A DNA stretch of 51,415 nucleotides from positions 1 through 51,415 of the forward strand of contig JBMFOP010000007.1 in the NCBI GenBank assembly GCA_049969675.1, written 5' to 3'. The position numbers were made by a program, and so were the translations under genes. The notes under the pieces were generated by a model. It was not told where the DNA came from, ran no database searches, and worked only from the letters and a program-made list of their open reading frames with translations. Of the stretch, positions 27,628-37,556 are shown piece by piece. The first letter of the stretch is position 1, and the number at the start of each line of letters is the position of its first letter. This DNA is from Myxococcota bacterium (GTDB lineage Bacteria > Myxococcota > SpSt-1050).

Positions 27628-28138
27628 ATCATTTCTACTCTTTGTTTTTATCCTGCTGGGAGTGGCGATTGGTGGGTGGATTCAGAACGATAGTGGTCTG
27701 AAATATTACTCAGAAGACATATTATGCAGATATAAGACTCCTATCAGTTGCGGTATTAATAAAACTCTTCTTTGTAATGGGGAGAGTAAGGACGATAGAA
27801 CTTTTCAAATCATAAATGGGTGTGGATGTAATCCAGATTCTTTTAGTATATTGTATGGGAGCAAACTCTATCTTGACGGTAGATGTAATGCTATGGAATT
27901 CAGGATGAGTGGATATGAGATGCTCCTTTTAGGAATGAGGATTGATATTAATAATGCATCTAAATCAGATCTAATTAGTATAGATGGAATAGGTGAATCT
28001 ATAGCAGAGCGGATAATAGAGTACAGGAGTGAGGTAGGCAGAATAGAACATATTGAACAGTTAAAAGAGATAAAAGGAATCGGTAAGAAGATGGTTCAGA
28101 GATTTGAACGGTATTTATGTGTAAACTGTCTTCCTTGA
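27620..28138 (+). CDS. comEA: ComEA-family helix-hairpin-helix DNA-binding protein
   Basis: N-terminal TM segment; IDINNAS..DL..IDGIGESIAERIIEYR...IKGIG. Confidence 0.8.
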   Translation: MNKSFLLFVFILLGVAIGGWIQNDSGLKYYSEDILCRYKTPISCGINKTLLCNGESKDDRTFQIINGCGCNPDSFSILYGSKLYLDGRCNAMEFRMSGYEMLLLGMRIDINNASKSDLISIDGIGESIAERIIEYRSEVGRIEHIEQLKEIKGIGKKMVQRFERYLCVNCLP

Positions 28139-28180
28139 ATTAAAGCCAATGCCTGTCGCCGGTGCGATGTAGTCGTCCTG

Positions 28181-29341
28181 TCAGTAATGTTTCTTAATTG
28201 GATATTCTCCTGATTGCTGTCCATCTGGATTTACAACTTTGAAATTATATTCTTTACCTGTCACAACATCTACTTTAATCTGTATTCTGGTCTCTGTCCT
28301 GGTTTGATATTGAAAGTTATTGTACTCTGTTATCTCCTTCCACGAGCCATCATAATTAATCATCACTTTTGATTCATTGGCTACAAAGAAGCATCCAGTT
28401 ATATTCCAGTCTACGGTGCTAGGTACCTTCCAGTCCTTTGGGTTATAATCAATTACCCTCGGTGCGGTAATTACACAGGCACCATCAGTACAATTATTAT
28501 CGTGGCAGCAGTTCATAATCGGTTGAAATTCCATTCCGGAGGCAGAACAGATATACACATCGTTATCAACACACTTCTTCTCAACATCCGGTGTGCATAT
28601 CATACATTCTCCAGCAGAGCACCCTATCTCACAATCTGTGGACAACCACTCAGTTCCAATTGGGTTACAGGTAATTGCGGTTTTATCTCTGCAATACTTA
28701 TCACCGGGGAGACATATTACACACCGGTCACTATAACATCTGTAACCACATTCTTGAGGAGAGAATATCCCATCATCGTTGCATATATTGAGATGAGTCT
28801 CATCGGCACAATGTTTTTCATTTGGAAGGCATTCCATACAATGGTCTTTTATACACCCAATATCACAACTCTTTTCAAATACAAATTCATTATTTTCATT
28901 ACACTTATAGAGGTCATTATCTTTACAGGTAGATGTCCCGCTCTCACATATCCCTCCATCAACAACAAAATCCTCTGCTCCATAATCTCCGGTCTCTTCA
29001 TTATCTTTTTTATCAGCGATATCTTTTATCTCATCAAAGTCACTTATATTATCATTTGTGTCATATATATCTTCTACTACAACCTCATCATTTATTTCAT
29101 CTTTAATATCATAATGCTTTGTATCAAGGGGCTTAATATCAAGACTTACTACATCGTAGAGATGCACATCCACTCCTTTCTCTAATTTTATACACTTTCC
29201 TGTATTTAAATCACAGATGTAACCTTCAATACATTCATTTTTTGAATTGCAGTATCTATCTTCAAGGATGGAGTAGTCTACAGAGCAGGCTGCAAAAATG
29301 AATGATAATGTTAATGTGCTATAAAGCCTTCCTCTCATCAT
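28181..29341 (-). CDS. Cys-rich repeat lipoprotein with acidic linker
   Basis: Lipobox FAAC; 4-Cys module; D/E-rich linker; four ~39-aa six-Cys repeats; C-terminal beta-rich Ig/IPT-like domain (VVNPDGQ). Confidence 0.8.
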   Translation of the reverse strand: MMRGRLYSTLTLSFIFAACSVDYSILEDRYCNSKNECIEGYICDLNTGKCIKLEKGVDVHLYDVVSLDIKPLDTKHYDIKDEINDEVVVEDIYDTNDNISDFDEIKDIADKKDNEETGDYGAEDFVVDGGICESGTSTCKDNDLYKCNENNEFVFEKSCDIGCIKDHCMECLPNEKHCADETHLNICNDDGIFSPQECGYRCYSDRCVICLPGDKYCRDKTAITCNPIGTEWLSTDCEIGCSAGECMICTPDVEKKCVDNDVYICSASGMEFQPIMNCCHDNNCTDGACVITAPRVIDYNPKDWKVPSTVDWNITGCFFVANESKVMINYDGSWKEITEYNNFQYQTRTETRIQIKVDVVTGKEYNFKVVNPDGQQSGEYPIKKHY

Positions 29342-29692
29342 GCTAATATGATAATACCAATTTATTTTTTAGTCAAATATAGAGTATGCTATGAATATGG
29401 TATCTCAACGGGCAGGATTATGAGAGGCTTTCGCAACTTTTTTGGAGGTAGTCATATGTTCAATACTCAGACTATACCTGATGCAGAAAGACTAACATTG
29501 AAGGTTAATTGGCTAAATTTTAATGGATTAAAATTAAAAATGGGTTAATCTGATCTTAAAATGTAAATTTATCGGTCCAGAATCAGGATTTTTGAAGTAG
29601 TTAGATTCTCAGTCAAAATTATCCAGTTCAGCAGTATTTTTATGTTGTAAAAATTTAAAATTAAAATTATATCAAATTTGATGGAGGTTTTT

Positions 29693-32458
29693 ATGAAGAA
29701 ATTATTGATTCTTTCAATGTTGTCAATTGTCATTCTATTCTCCTGTTCAGATTCAGAGGAGTCATCAAAGGATGCTGCTGATATGGACGCAATAACTGAT
29801 GTCATTTCAGATATATCGGGGAATGACACTGGAAATATTCTTACTGGAGAAGGGGTATTCAAAGAGGGCTGTCCGGTTGCCGGGAAGTCTTTAGCGAGGG
29901 AGATAAAAGATGCAGACGCAAAGATGAAGGGGCTTACCTTCACAGCCATAGGAGGTAAGGGTGATTATCTACTTATGAATGAAAAGGCGGCATATATAAT
30001 ATCCCGACCTGGAAATCAGAATGCATATTATTTATATGGTGGTATTTTAATAGATGCCATCGCGGTAAAGGACTGCAAGCAGGTGGCAGAGGAGGATTTT
30101 GAGGAGTATGGTATTGTGGTGGGGAAGCTAAATACAGCAGATTTCTCATCCTCAATTCTGAGGATGTTTAGAGGTGATAAGATTGAGATAGTAAATGACG
30201 GATCAGATGGTAAGGCTGCAATAGTGAGAGTTACTGGCGTAGATGATACATTCTGGCTTGTAGAAGATGAACTCATAAAGATGGCTCTTTCGTACGGTAA
30301 GGAGAAGAAGATGAGTGAGCCACTCGGCATTGAGATTGTAGTAGATTATATCCTCCCGCCAGATTCATCGGTTTTAAATATCAGGCTTACATTTAAGAAT
30401 AAGACGGATACAAAGAAGAGTTTTATCTCTGGATTTCTAGTAATTTTTGGGGATTCCACCCCTGTTAGATACTTCTCAGGCTCTGTGCTTGAAGTAGGCG
30501 GATTCAGTATAGATCAGGGTATCCCGTGGATATATGCAAGTGACAATAGGAAGTCTTATGCGATTGGATGGAAGAATGCCAATATGTCAACCATTGATGT
30601 AATTGGTGTCTCGGGTGTTGTGGATTCCAATCAACTCGTCTCCCCTATAGAACTCAACCCTGCAGGCTCAACCGGTGATTCTAAGAGTATTGTTACATTT
30701 TTTGCAGTAGGCGAGGGGGGTTCTAATTCAGCCACAAATGAACTTTTAAGATTTAATCCCACACCCATTCCAGATGTTAGTTATGACCTGTTTGATATCT
30801 CCGGTAAAGTGATTGACTCTGCTACAAATCTGGGGATGCCAGATATAAAGGTAGAGTTTATGGTAAAGAGCCCCAGGAGGACATTTATGCCGGTTGATAA
30901 TCTCTTTACAGATGATAAAGGCGAATTCTCGGGTAAAGTGCCAATATTCAGCGATTCCAACTATCAATATCAGGTAAGAGTGCTGCTTGATGGCTATCCC
31001 GAGATTACCCCAATTGATGTTACAAAAGAGAGCCTAAAAGATATTGAAATAAAAGTCCCATTAACAGGGGAACTCAAGTTTGATATAAAGGACGAGTCCA
31101 ATAGGAATATATCGGCAAAGCTCTCATTTTATGATAGTTCAAATAATCTGGTAAGGACTGTCTATACGGCGTCCGGGAAAGAGACGATAAAGGTAGCGCC
31201 CGGTGATTATAGATTGGTCATTACAAAGGGATATGAATATCAGTTTGTAGAGAAGAATATTACTATTGAGGCGGGTAAAACCACAGAGACAGATGAAGTA
31301 ATTCAAAGGGTGGTTAACACTACAGGTTATCTCTCAACTGATACACATGTGCACGCATCTCCGAGTCCGGACAATACCATTTCAATAAAAGACAGAATAA
31401 TTACAGTGTCTGCGGAAGGTCTGGATATCTCAATAACCACAGATCACGAGTTCTTAAATAGCTGGCAGAGGGGTATTGATGAGGCCGGGCTCAACGATTT
31501 TCTAATAAATTATCCGGGCGAGGAGGTTACGGCGGAGCTCCCAGAGCATCACAATATGTATCTCGTAGAGCCAGACTATTCAATAAATGCGAGAGGTGGA
31601 TATGTAAGATGGTATGGAATGGATATAGCAGAACTGCATAAGGCGATGAGGAATAGAGGTGCCCCCATAATTCAAATAAATCATCCCTATGAATATATGA
31701 AGAATATCGCATTTGACAACGAAAAATGCCAGCCAGCATTGAGTGACCCGACAAAGCTCGGATTCAAATCGGATGCAAAACTCTGGGACTGGGATTTTGA
31801 TGTATGGGAGATGATGAACGGCGCACAGAATCCATTTAATTCTGAAAATGGTGGAAAAGGGACATTTGACAATTTTATGAGTTTTATCAATCACGGATAT
31901 CTGAAGACTGCGGTAGGTGCCTCAGATGCACACAACTGGGAGCTGCCCGGGACACCGAGGATATTCTTCGTCTCAGATACAGATGACCCAATAAAGTCAA
32001 CAAAAGAGAAATTTATAGATTCGCTTAAAAAGGGGAAGGTGGTAATCAGCACAGGTGCATTCGCAGAGATTCTTGTAAATAATTCTGCCACTGTTGGGGA
32101 TATAGTAACTGATACAGATAAAGAGGTGGATTTGAGGATAAAGATTCAGGCTCTACCAGAGATAGATGTAACCCATTTTGTGGTCTTTGTAAACTGTGAT
32201 AGTGTTAAGAACATTAAGACAACAAATCCATCCTCACTTATTAAGTATGATGATACAATTAAGGTGGCGGTTGAGAAGGATTCAAGTATTGTGGTGGCTG
32301 GATTTGGGAAGCAGAGATTACCATCTGGATTTGCACAGTTCAATCCGACAAATGTGCCGAGATTCTTCATTAATCCAGTATATATAGATGTAGATGGAAA
32401 TGGAAAATTTGACCCACCCGGAGATAAGAAATGCACATATTCACTCAGTGAAGAATAA
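29693..32458 (+). CDS. CehA/McbA-family (PHP-like) metallohydrolase lipoprotein
   Basis: GGAGG RBS, lipobox LFSC, carboxypeptidase-regulatory-like domains, DTHVH, TDHE, NHP, ASDAH. Confidence 0.85.
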   Translation: MKKLLILSMLSIVILFSCSDSEESSKDAADMDAITDVISDISGNDTGNILTGEGVFKEGCPVAGKSLAREIKDADAKMKGLTFTAIGGKGDYLLMNEKAAYIISRPGNQNAYYLYGGILIDAIAVKDCKQVAEEDFEEYGIVVGKLNTADFSSSILRMFRGDKIEIVNDGSDGKAAIVRVTGVDDTFWLVEDELIKMALSYGKEKKMSEPLGIEIVVDYILPPDSSVLNIRLTFKNKTDTKKSFISGFLVIFGDSTPVRYFSGSVLEVGGFSIDQGIPWIYASDNRKSYAIGWKNANMSTIDVIGVSGVVDSNQLVSPIELNPAGSTGDSKSIVTFFAVGEGGSNSATNELLRFNPTPIPDVSYDLFDISGKVIDSATNLGMPDIKVEFMVKSPRRTFMPVDNLFTDDKGEFSGKVPIFSDSNYQYQVRVLLDGYPEITPIDVTKESLKDIEIKVPLTGELKFDIKDESNRNISAKLSFYDSSNNLVRTVYTASGKETIKVAPGDYRLVITKGYEYQFVEKNITIEAGKTTETDEVIQRVVNTTGYLSTDTHVHASPSPDNTISIKDRIITVSAEGLDISITTDHEFLNSWQRGIDEAGLNDFLINYPGEEVTAELPEHHNMYLVEPDYSINARGGYVRWYGMDIAELHKAMRNRGAPIIQINHPYEYMKNIAFDNEKCQPALSDPTKLGFKSDAKLWDWDFDVWEMMNGAQNPFNSENGGKGTFDNFMSFINHGYLKTAVGASDAHNWELPGTPRIFFVSDTDDPIKSTKEKFIDSLKKGKVVISTGAFAEILVNNSATVGDIVTDTDKEVDLRIKIQALPEIDVTHFVVFVNCDSVKNIKTTNPSSLIKYDDTIKVAVEKDSSIVVAGFGKQRLPSGFAQFNPTNVPRFFINPVYIDVDGNGKFDPPGDKKCTYSLSEE

Positions 32459-32471
32459 AGGAGATATCAGT

Positions 32472-33365
32472 ATGTCATTCAGAGATTTTTTGGGTATTAT
32501 CAGGGCACCATTTTTGATGCTCGCAGTAGTATGTGTGTTGCTTGGTTTCAGTACCGCATATCACAGCGGGGCAAATCTAACTATTTTTAATGTTATATTG
32601 GTCTTTTTGGGAGGAATCTTCGCTCACATAGCAGTTAATTCCTTGAATGAATATTTTGATTTTAAGACGGGTCTGGATTTTTTGACCATTAAAACTCCTT
32701 TCTCTGGTGGAAGCGGAACACTTGTAAGTAAGCCACATCTATCAAAATATGCACTCTTGATTGGTGTTTTCTCAATAATAATTGTTATTTCAATAGGGCT
32801 GTTTTTTGTATACTTAAGAGGCACTACAATGTTATTAATTGGACTTCTCGGAACCTTGGTCATTATTATTTATCCTGTGGTTGGTGTCAGGAATTCTTTT
32901 ATTGCACTTATATCACCCGGACTCGGATTTGGTACAGCAATGGTGTTGGGGACTCATTATGCGCTCTCTGGAAATATCTCCATATCAGCCATCATTGCAT
33001 CATTTATTCCGTTCTTCCTTGTGAATAATCTTCTACTCTTAAATCAACTACCAGATGTAGAGGCTGATAAAGAGTGTGGGAGAAGCAATGTGGTAATCAG
33101 GTTTGGCAGGAAGAAGGCAGTTATTATTTTTAGCATCTTCAACCTATTTGCATATATTACTATCGTTTTTGGAATGCTATCGGGATATTTCAATACTCTC
33201 TCCATTGTTGGACTATTGACCGCCTTTCTTGCATTTAATTCGTCCATTCAGGCAATGAGATTTCATTCAGAAATTGAGAAGCTAATTCCAGCCCTTGCGA
33301 TGAATGTCCTTACAAATCTAATTACTCCGCTATTGGTTGCAATATCATTTATGATAAAAATCTAA
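32472..33365 (+). CDS. UbiA-superfamily prenyltransferase (MenA-like)
   Basis: Multi-TM; NSLNEYFDFKTGLD, TPFSGGSG, NQLPDVEAD..GR; AAGGAG RBS. Confidence 0.85.
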   Translation: MSFRDFLGIIRAPFLMLAVVCVLLGFSTAYHSGANLTIFNVILVFLGGIFAHIAVNSLNEYFDFKTGLDFLTIKTPFSGGSGTLVSKPHLSKYALLIGVFSIIIVISIGLFFVYLRGTTMLLIGLLGTLVIIIYPVVGVRNSFIALISPGLGFGTAMVLGTHYALSGNISISAIIASFIPFFLVNNLLLLNQLPDVEADKECGRSNVVIRFGRKKAVIIFSIFNLFAYITIVFGMLSGYFNTLSIVGLLTAFLAFNSSIQAMRFHSEIEKLIPALAMNVLTNLITPLLVAISFMIKI

Positions 33366-33383
33366 AAAAATTCTACTATATTA

Positions 33384-33460
33384 TTAGATTCTTTAACCGT
33401 GGCTTCTACGCAAAATGTGCAGAAGATTTTGCAAGTATTTTGGTTTCGGCTATGCAGAAT
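33384..33460 (+). repeat. 77-bp dispersed repeat, copy D
   Basis: 69/77 identical to 22200-22276. Confidence 0.88.
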
Positions 33461-33599
33461 CTGGATAAAATAACAGTGGAATTTACGATACATTCGCTTG
33501 AAAATTAAATAGATTCGTTATATAAGTCAGCCAGTGAATCATATATTTATTTTATTTAATGCGAAAAGTAAGAATTAAAATTTATAATGGAGGTCTGAG

Positions 33600-34823
33600 A
33601 TGGTAAATCTGGTGATTTTGATTATAGGTTTAATTCTTGGTGCAGTTGTGGTCTTTATTATTAATTGGTTATACAGAAGAGAGGCGAAGGTATTAGCACA
33701 GGAACTGATACAGCAGACGGAGTTTCAGAAGATTCAGGATCTGGAGGTCATTTTTGGTAGAATCAAAGAGTCCTTTGGAACAATTTCATTTGACTCTCTA
33801 ACCAGAACCCGCGAGGAATTTTATAAATATGCCAATGAGACCTTTTCAAAATATCTGGAGATGGGTGAGAAAGAACTTGAGGGGAAAAAGAGACTGATTG
33901 ACCAGACATTGGATGAGATGAAAAAGGAATTGCAGAGAGTTCAGGAGCTTGTAAATCAATTTGAGAGAGACAGGGAGCAGAAATTTGGAGAGATCTCCAA
34001 TCAATTGAAATTTACAGCAGAACAGACGAGGAGACTACAGGAGACTACAAATCAAATAAGGTCTGTATTGTCCAATACAAAGGTCCGTGGTCAATGGGGA
34101 GAGAGGATGGCTGAAGATATATTGAGATTGGCTGGATTTGTAGAAGGTATAAATTATCAGAAACAAAAGACTCTGGATGCTACGAGTTCAAGACCGGATT
34201 ATACATTCTTCCTGCCGCAGGGACTTAAAGTGAATATGGATGTTAAATTTCCACTTGATAACTATCTTCGTTATCTTGAGGTAGAAGGGGAGACCGATAA
34301 GGAGAAGTATAAGGTACAGTTTTTAAAGGATGTTAAAAACAGAATCAAAGAAGTAGTGAACAGAAATTATATTAATCCCGAGGAGAATACTGTTGATTAT
34401 GTAATAGTATTTATTCCGAATGAGCAGGTCTATTCATTTATAAATGAGAATGATAGTTCAATTCTGGATGAGGCACTTAAAAATAAGGTGATACTCTGCT
34501 CTCCTGTTACTCTGTATGCAATACTTGCACTAATTAGACAGGCAGTGGATAACTTTAATCTGGAGAGAACCGCATCTCAGATACTATCATTGATGGGGAC
34601 ATTTTATAATCAGTGGAAACTTTTCATTCAATCAGTTGAGAAGGTAGGGAAGAAGATTGAGGAGGCACAGAAGGAGTATAATACTTTGATTTCTACTCGA
34701 CGAAATCAGCTAGAACGCCCTCTAATTCAGATTGAGGAATTGAGAAAAGAGAATGGAATTGCAGAGATATTATCAACTAAAGATGAAACATCCGTATTAA
34801 AAGCCCCTGAAGACGAGAAGTAG
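33600..34823 (+). CDS. rmuC: DNA recombination protein RmuC
   Basis: N-terminal TM and coiled coil; RGQWGE, RPD, DVKFP, VFIPNE, SPVTL. Confidence 0.93.
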   Translation: MVNLVILIIGLILGAVVVFIINWLYRREAKVLAQELIQQTEFQKIQDLEVIFGRIKESFGTISFDSLTRTREEFYKYANETFSKYLEMGEKELEGKKRLIDQTLDEMKKELQRVQELVNQFERDREQKFGEISNQLKFTAEQTRRLQETTNQIRSVLSNTKVRGQWGERMAEDILRLAGFVEGINYQKQKTLDATSSRPDYTFFLPQGLKVNMDVKFPLDNYLRYLEVEGETDKEKYKVQFLKDVKNRIKEVVNRNYINPEENTVDYVIVFIPNEQVYSFINENDSSILDEALKNKVILCSPVTLYAILALIRQAVDNFNLERTASQILSLMGTFYNQWKLFIQSVEKVGKKIEEAQKEYNTLISTRRNQLERPLIQIEELRKENGIAEILSTKDETSVLKAPEDEK

Positions 34824-35025
34824 AGAAATATGAAGAGGTATGATAATCACACCTTTCTTAGAATCTAATACAGGTTCTGTAGAGATTTTCAATGCCACTC
34901 AATACAAAGAATCGCTCAATTAAGGTAGAAATTATTTCAAAATATTAGTTTCACAACATTGGATTTTCATTCTTATTTTTATTTGACAATTGCTATTATA
35001 TAAATTAAAGACCAGAATTGCTTTT

Positions 35026-35514
35026 ATGGATAAAAGTATTGAGGAATTGAAAAGTTATATAGAAAAGATTAAGGTGCTTTTCCCTGAGGAGAGGACGGCG
35101 ATAATGCCAGCCCTGAGATTTGCTCAGGAAAGGTTTGGTGCTGTAGAGGATGAGATTATAAATGTTATCGCAGAATCACTTAACATCCCGCCTGTAAAGG
35201 TTCTTTCTACTGCACGATTCTATCACTTCTTTACAGAGGAGAAGGTGAAGAGATTTAGGATTGAGGTATGTAGTTCAATCTCCTGTTCGCTGCTCGGTTC
35301 TGAACATATTTATGACTATTTAGTGAGAAAGTTGAATATTGAGGACGAGAGTAGTAATTTTTCTGTAAGGAGGATAGGGTGTCTCGGCTCCTGCGGTACT
35401 GCACCTGCAATGTTGATTAATAATGTCCTCTTTGAAAATCTGAGTTTTGAAAAGATTGACAGGATAATTGAAGGATTAAAGAGTGGTAAAGATATTGACA
35501 AAATACTGGGATGA
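35026..35514 (+). CDS. nuoE: NADH-quinone oxidoreductase subunit E
   Basis: AIMPAL..AQE, VCSSISC, CLGSCGTAP [2Fe-2S] ligands. Confidence 0.92.
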   Translation: MDKSIEELKSYIEKIKVLFPEERTAIMPALRFAQERFGAVEDEIINVIAESLNIPPVKVLSTARFYHFFTEEKVKRFRIEVCSSISCSLLGSEHIYDYLVRKLNIEDESSNFSVRRIGCLGSCGTAPAMLINNVLFENLSFEKIDRIIEGLKSGKDIDKILG

Positions 35515-36781
35515 GGCAGAGTCATATAAACTTGAGACTGCCTTAAAATATGGTGCCTATGAATCAGCAAGAAAGGCTCTCAAATTGTCTCCTGAAGAGA
35601 TAATTGAGGAGGTTAAAAAGGCTAAGTTAAGGGGTCGTGGCGGGGCGGGATTCCCTGCCGGTCAAAAGTGGTCATTTGTGCCAAAAGATAATAAGCCTCA
35701 CTATCTGGTTGTTAATGCTGACGAAGGTGAGCCGGGTACTTTTAAAGACAGATATATTATGGAACGTTCTCCACATATGCTTCTTGAGGGGATAATAATA
35801 GCATCTTATGCAATAAGGGCTGAAAACGCATTTATCTATATAAGGGGCGAATTTCAGAGAGCCTATGAGAGATTATCCTCTGCAATAGAGGAGGCAAAGA
35901 ATAAAGGATTTTTGGGAAAGAATATATTCGGGACTGGAAGGACCTTAAATGTCTTCATTATAAGAGGTGCGGGGGCATATATATGCGGAGAGGAGACCGC
36001 CCTTATTGAATCAATAGAAGGCAAGAGTGGGAGACCCAGATTGAGACCGCCTTTCCCTGCAGTCTCTGGACTTTATTCAAATCCAACTGTTGTGAATAAT
36101 GTTGAGACCATATCGCTTGTGCCAGCAATATTTGAATTTGGCGCAGAGAGATTTCTCTCACTCGGAACTGCTACAGACGGTGGGACAAAACTATACTGTA
36201 TAAGTGGGCATATAAAGAGACCGGGCCTTTATGAACTATCTATGGGGACAAATTTAAAAGATATAATTTTTAATTACGCCGGTGGAATAGTCGGAGATAG
36301 GGCGCTCAAAGCAGTTTTGCCCGGCGGCTCATCTACTCCAGTTATTAGAGGTGATGAATGCGATGTAAGTATGGATTTTGACTGTGTGAAGAATGTCGGT
36401 TCTATGCTCGGCTCGGGTGCAATTGTTGTTATGGACGAAAGAACCTGTATGGTAAGGGCTTTGTTGAGCCTTCTTGAATTTTATGCCGATGAATCCTGTG
36501 GCCAGTGCACGCCCTGTCGTGAAGGTGTACCGTGGATATATAAGATAACAAAAAGGATTGAGGAGGGTAGGGCAGATTATAGCGATATAGATTTGCTTCT
36601 TGATGTTTCTAATAATATTTTAGGGAATACAATCTGTCCATTAGGAGATGCCGCCGCAATGCCGACCATATCTATTGTAAAGAAATTTAGAGAAGAGTTT
36701 GAAGAGCATATAAGGAAGAAAGGTTGTTATTTTGACAATCTACCGCTTGCACCTGTGCTTGAAGGAAGGTCACTTGTATGA
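35483..36781 (+). CDS. nuoF: NADH-quinone oxidoreductase subunit F
   Basis: GRGGAGFP, NADEGEPGTFKDR, GAGAYICGEETAL, ESCGQCTPCREG, ICPLG. Confidence 0.96.
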   Translation: MVKILTKYWDEAESYKLETALKYGAYESARKALKLSPEEIIEEVKKAKLRGRGGAGFPAGQKWSFVPKDNKPHYLVVNADEGEPGTFKDRYIMERSPHMLLEGIIIASYAIRAENAFIYIRGEFQRAYERLSSAIEEAKNKGFLGKNIFGTGRTLNVFIIRGAGAYICGEETALIESIEGKSGRPRLRPPFPAVSGLYSNPTVVNNVETISLVPAIFEFGAERFLSLGTATDGGTKLYCISGHIKRPGLYELSMGTNLKDIIFNYAGGIVGDRALKAVLPGGSSTPVIRGDECDVSMDFDCVKNVGSMLGSGAIVVMDERTCMVRALLSLLEFYADESCGQCTPCREGVPWIYKITKRIEEGRADYSDIDLLLDVSNNILGNTICPLGDAAAMPTISIVKKFREEFEEHIRKKGCYFDNLPLAPVLEGRSLV

Positions 36782-37260
36782 GTAGCATGATCCTCTTTTA
36801 TGTCTCGGCCGCTTTAGCGATTGTAGGCGGCTTTATTATGCTCTTTACATGGAATACCATCCATAGTGCGATGGGTTTACTCCTTACCTTTCTTGCGACT
36901 GCTGGAATCTATCTCTCACTCTCTTCCCCATTTCTGGCAGTAGCACAGATATTTTTATATTCCGGGGCCGTCGCTGTCCTGATTGTATTTGCTATTATGC
37001 TAATTGACGAGAATAAGAAATACGAACTACCTGTTCAGGGATTATTTTTAAAATCGCTCGCCGCTTTATCTGTAATATATACATCATATCTTCTAATAAG
37101 AATCTTTGGTTTTTCAAAGGTTTCACATCTCTTCCTCTCGGATACTCACTCACTTGGGAGGGTTATGGTAAATGATTATGTGTTGCACATTGAGGCTTTA
37201 TCAATTGTTTTACTCATAAGTATAATGGCTGCAATACTTATCGCAAAGAGGAGAGTATAA
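36778..37260 (+). CDS. nuoJ: NADH-quinone oxidoreductase subunit J
   Basis: Five TM segments; FLAVAQIFLYSGAVAVL.VFAIML. Confidence 0.9.
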   Translation: MSSMILFYVSAALAIVGGFIMLFTWNTIHSAMGLLLTFLATAGIYLSLSSPFLAVAQIFLYSGAVAVLIVFAIMLIDENKKYELPVQGLFLKSLAALSVIYTSYLLIRIFGFSKVSHLFLSDTHSLGRVMVNDYVLHIEALSIVLLISIMAAILIAKRRV

Positions 37261-37556
37261 TGCTCTATCAATATATAGTCCTGTCAATCATCCTCTTTTC
37301 AATCGGATTGATAGCGGTCATTATGAGGAGGAATCTGATTGTCATATTAATGGGTATAGAATTTATGCTCAATGCATCTGGCATAATATTTGTCTCATAT
37401 TCAAGATTTTATAACAACTATTCAGGAGAATTTATCGCCCTTGTCATTATGTTACTTGCGGCCTGTGAGATGGCTATAGGGCTCTCAATATTGGTGGCTA
37501 TGTTCAGAATTTATGGCTCTATAAAGAGTAATGATATAAGGGAGCTCAAGAACTGA
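37260..37556 (+). CDS. nuoK: NADH-quinone oxidoreductase subunit K
   Basis: RRNLI.ILMGIE.MLN, AACE.AIGL. Confidence 0.93.
   Translation: MLYQYIVLSIILFSIGLIAVIMRRNLIVILMGIEFMLNASGIIFVSYSRFYNNYSGEFIALVIMLLAACEMAIGLSILVAMFRIYGSIKSNDIRELKN

Noticed and set aside
28502..29185. 227-aa plus-strand ORF
   Set aside because: Antisense shadow of the Cys-rich lipoprotein; Ile/Phe-rich mirror composition and no RBS
29348..29548. 66-aa ORF (faint YbjQ-like GFRNFFGG) or 30-aa ORF from 29456 after GGAGG
   Set aside because: Similarity too short to support; lies in a divergent promoter region
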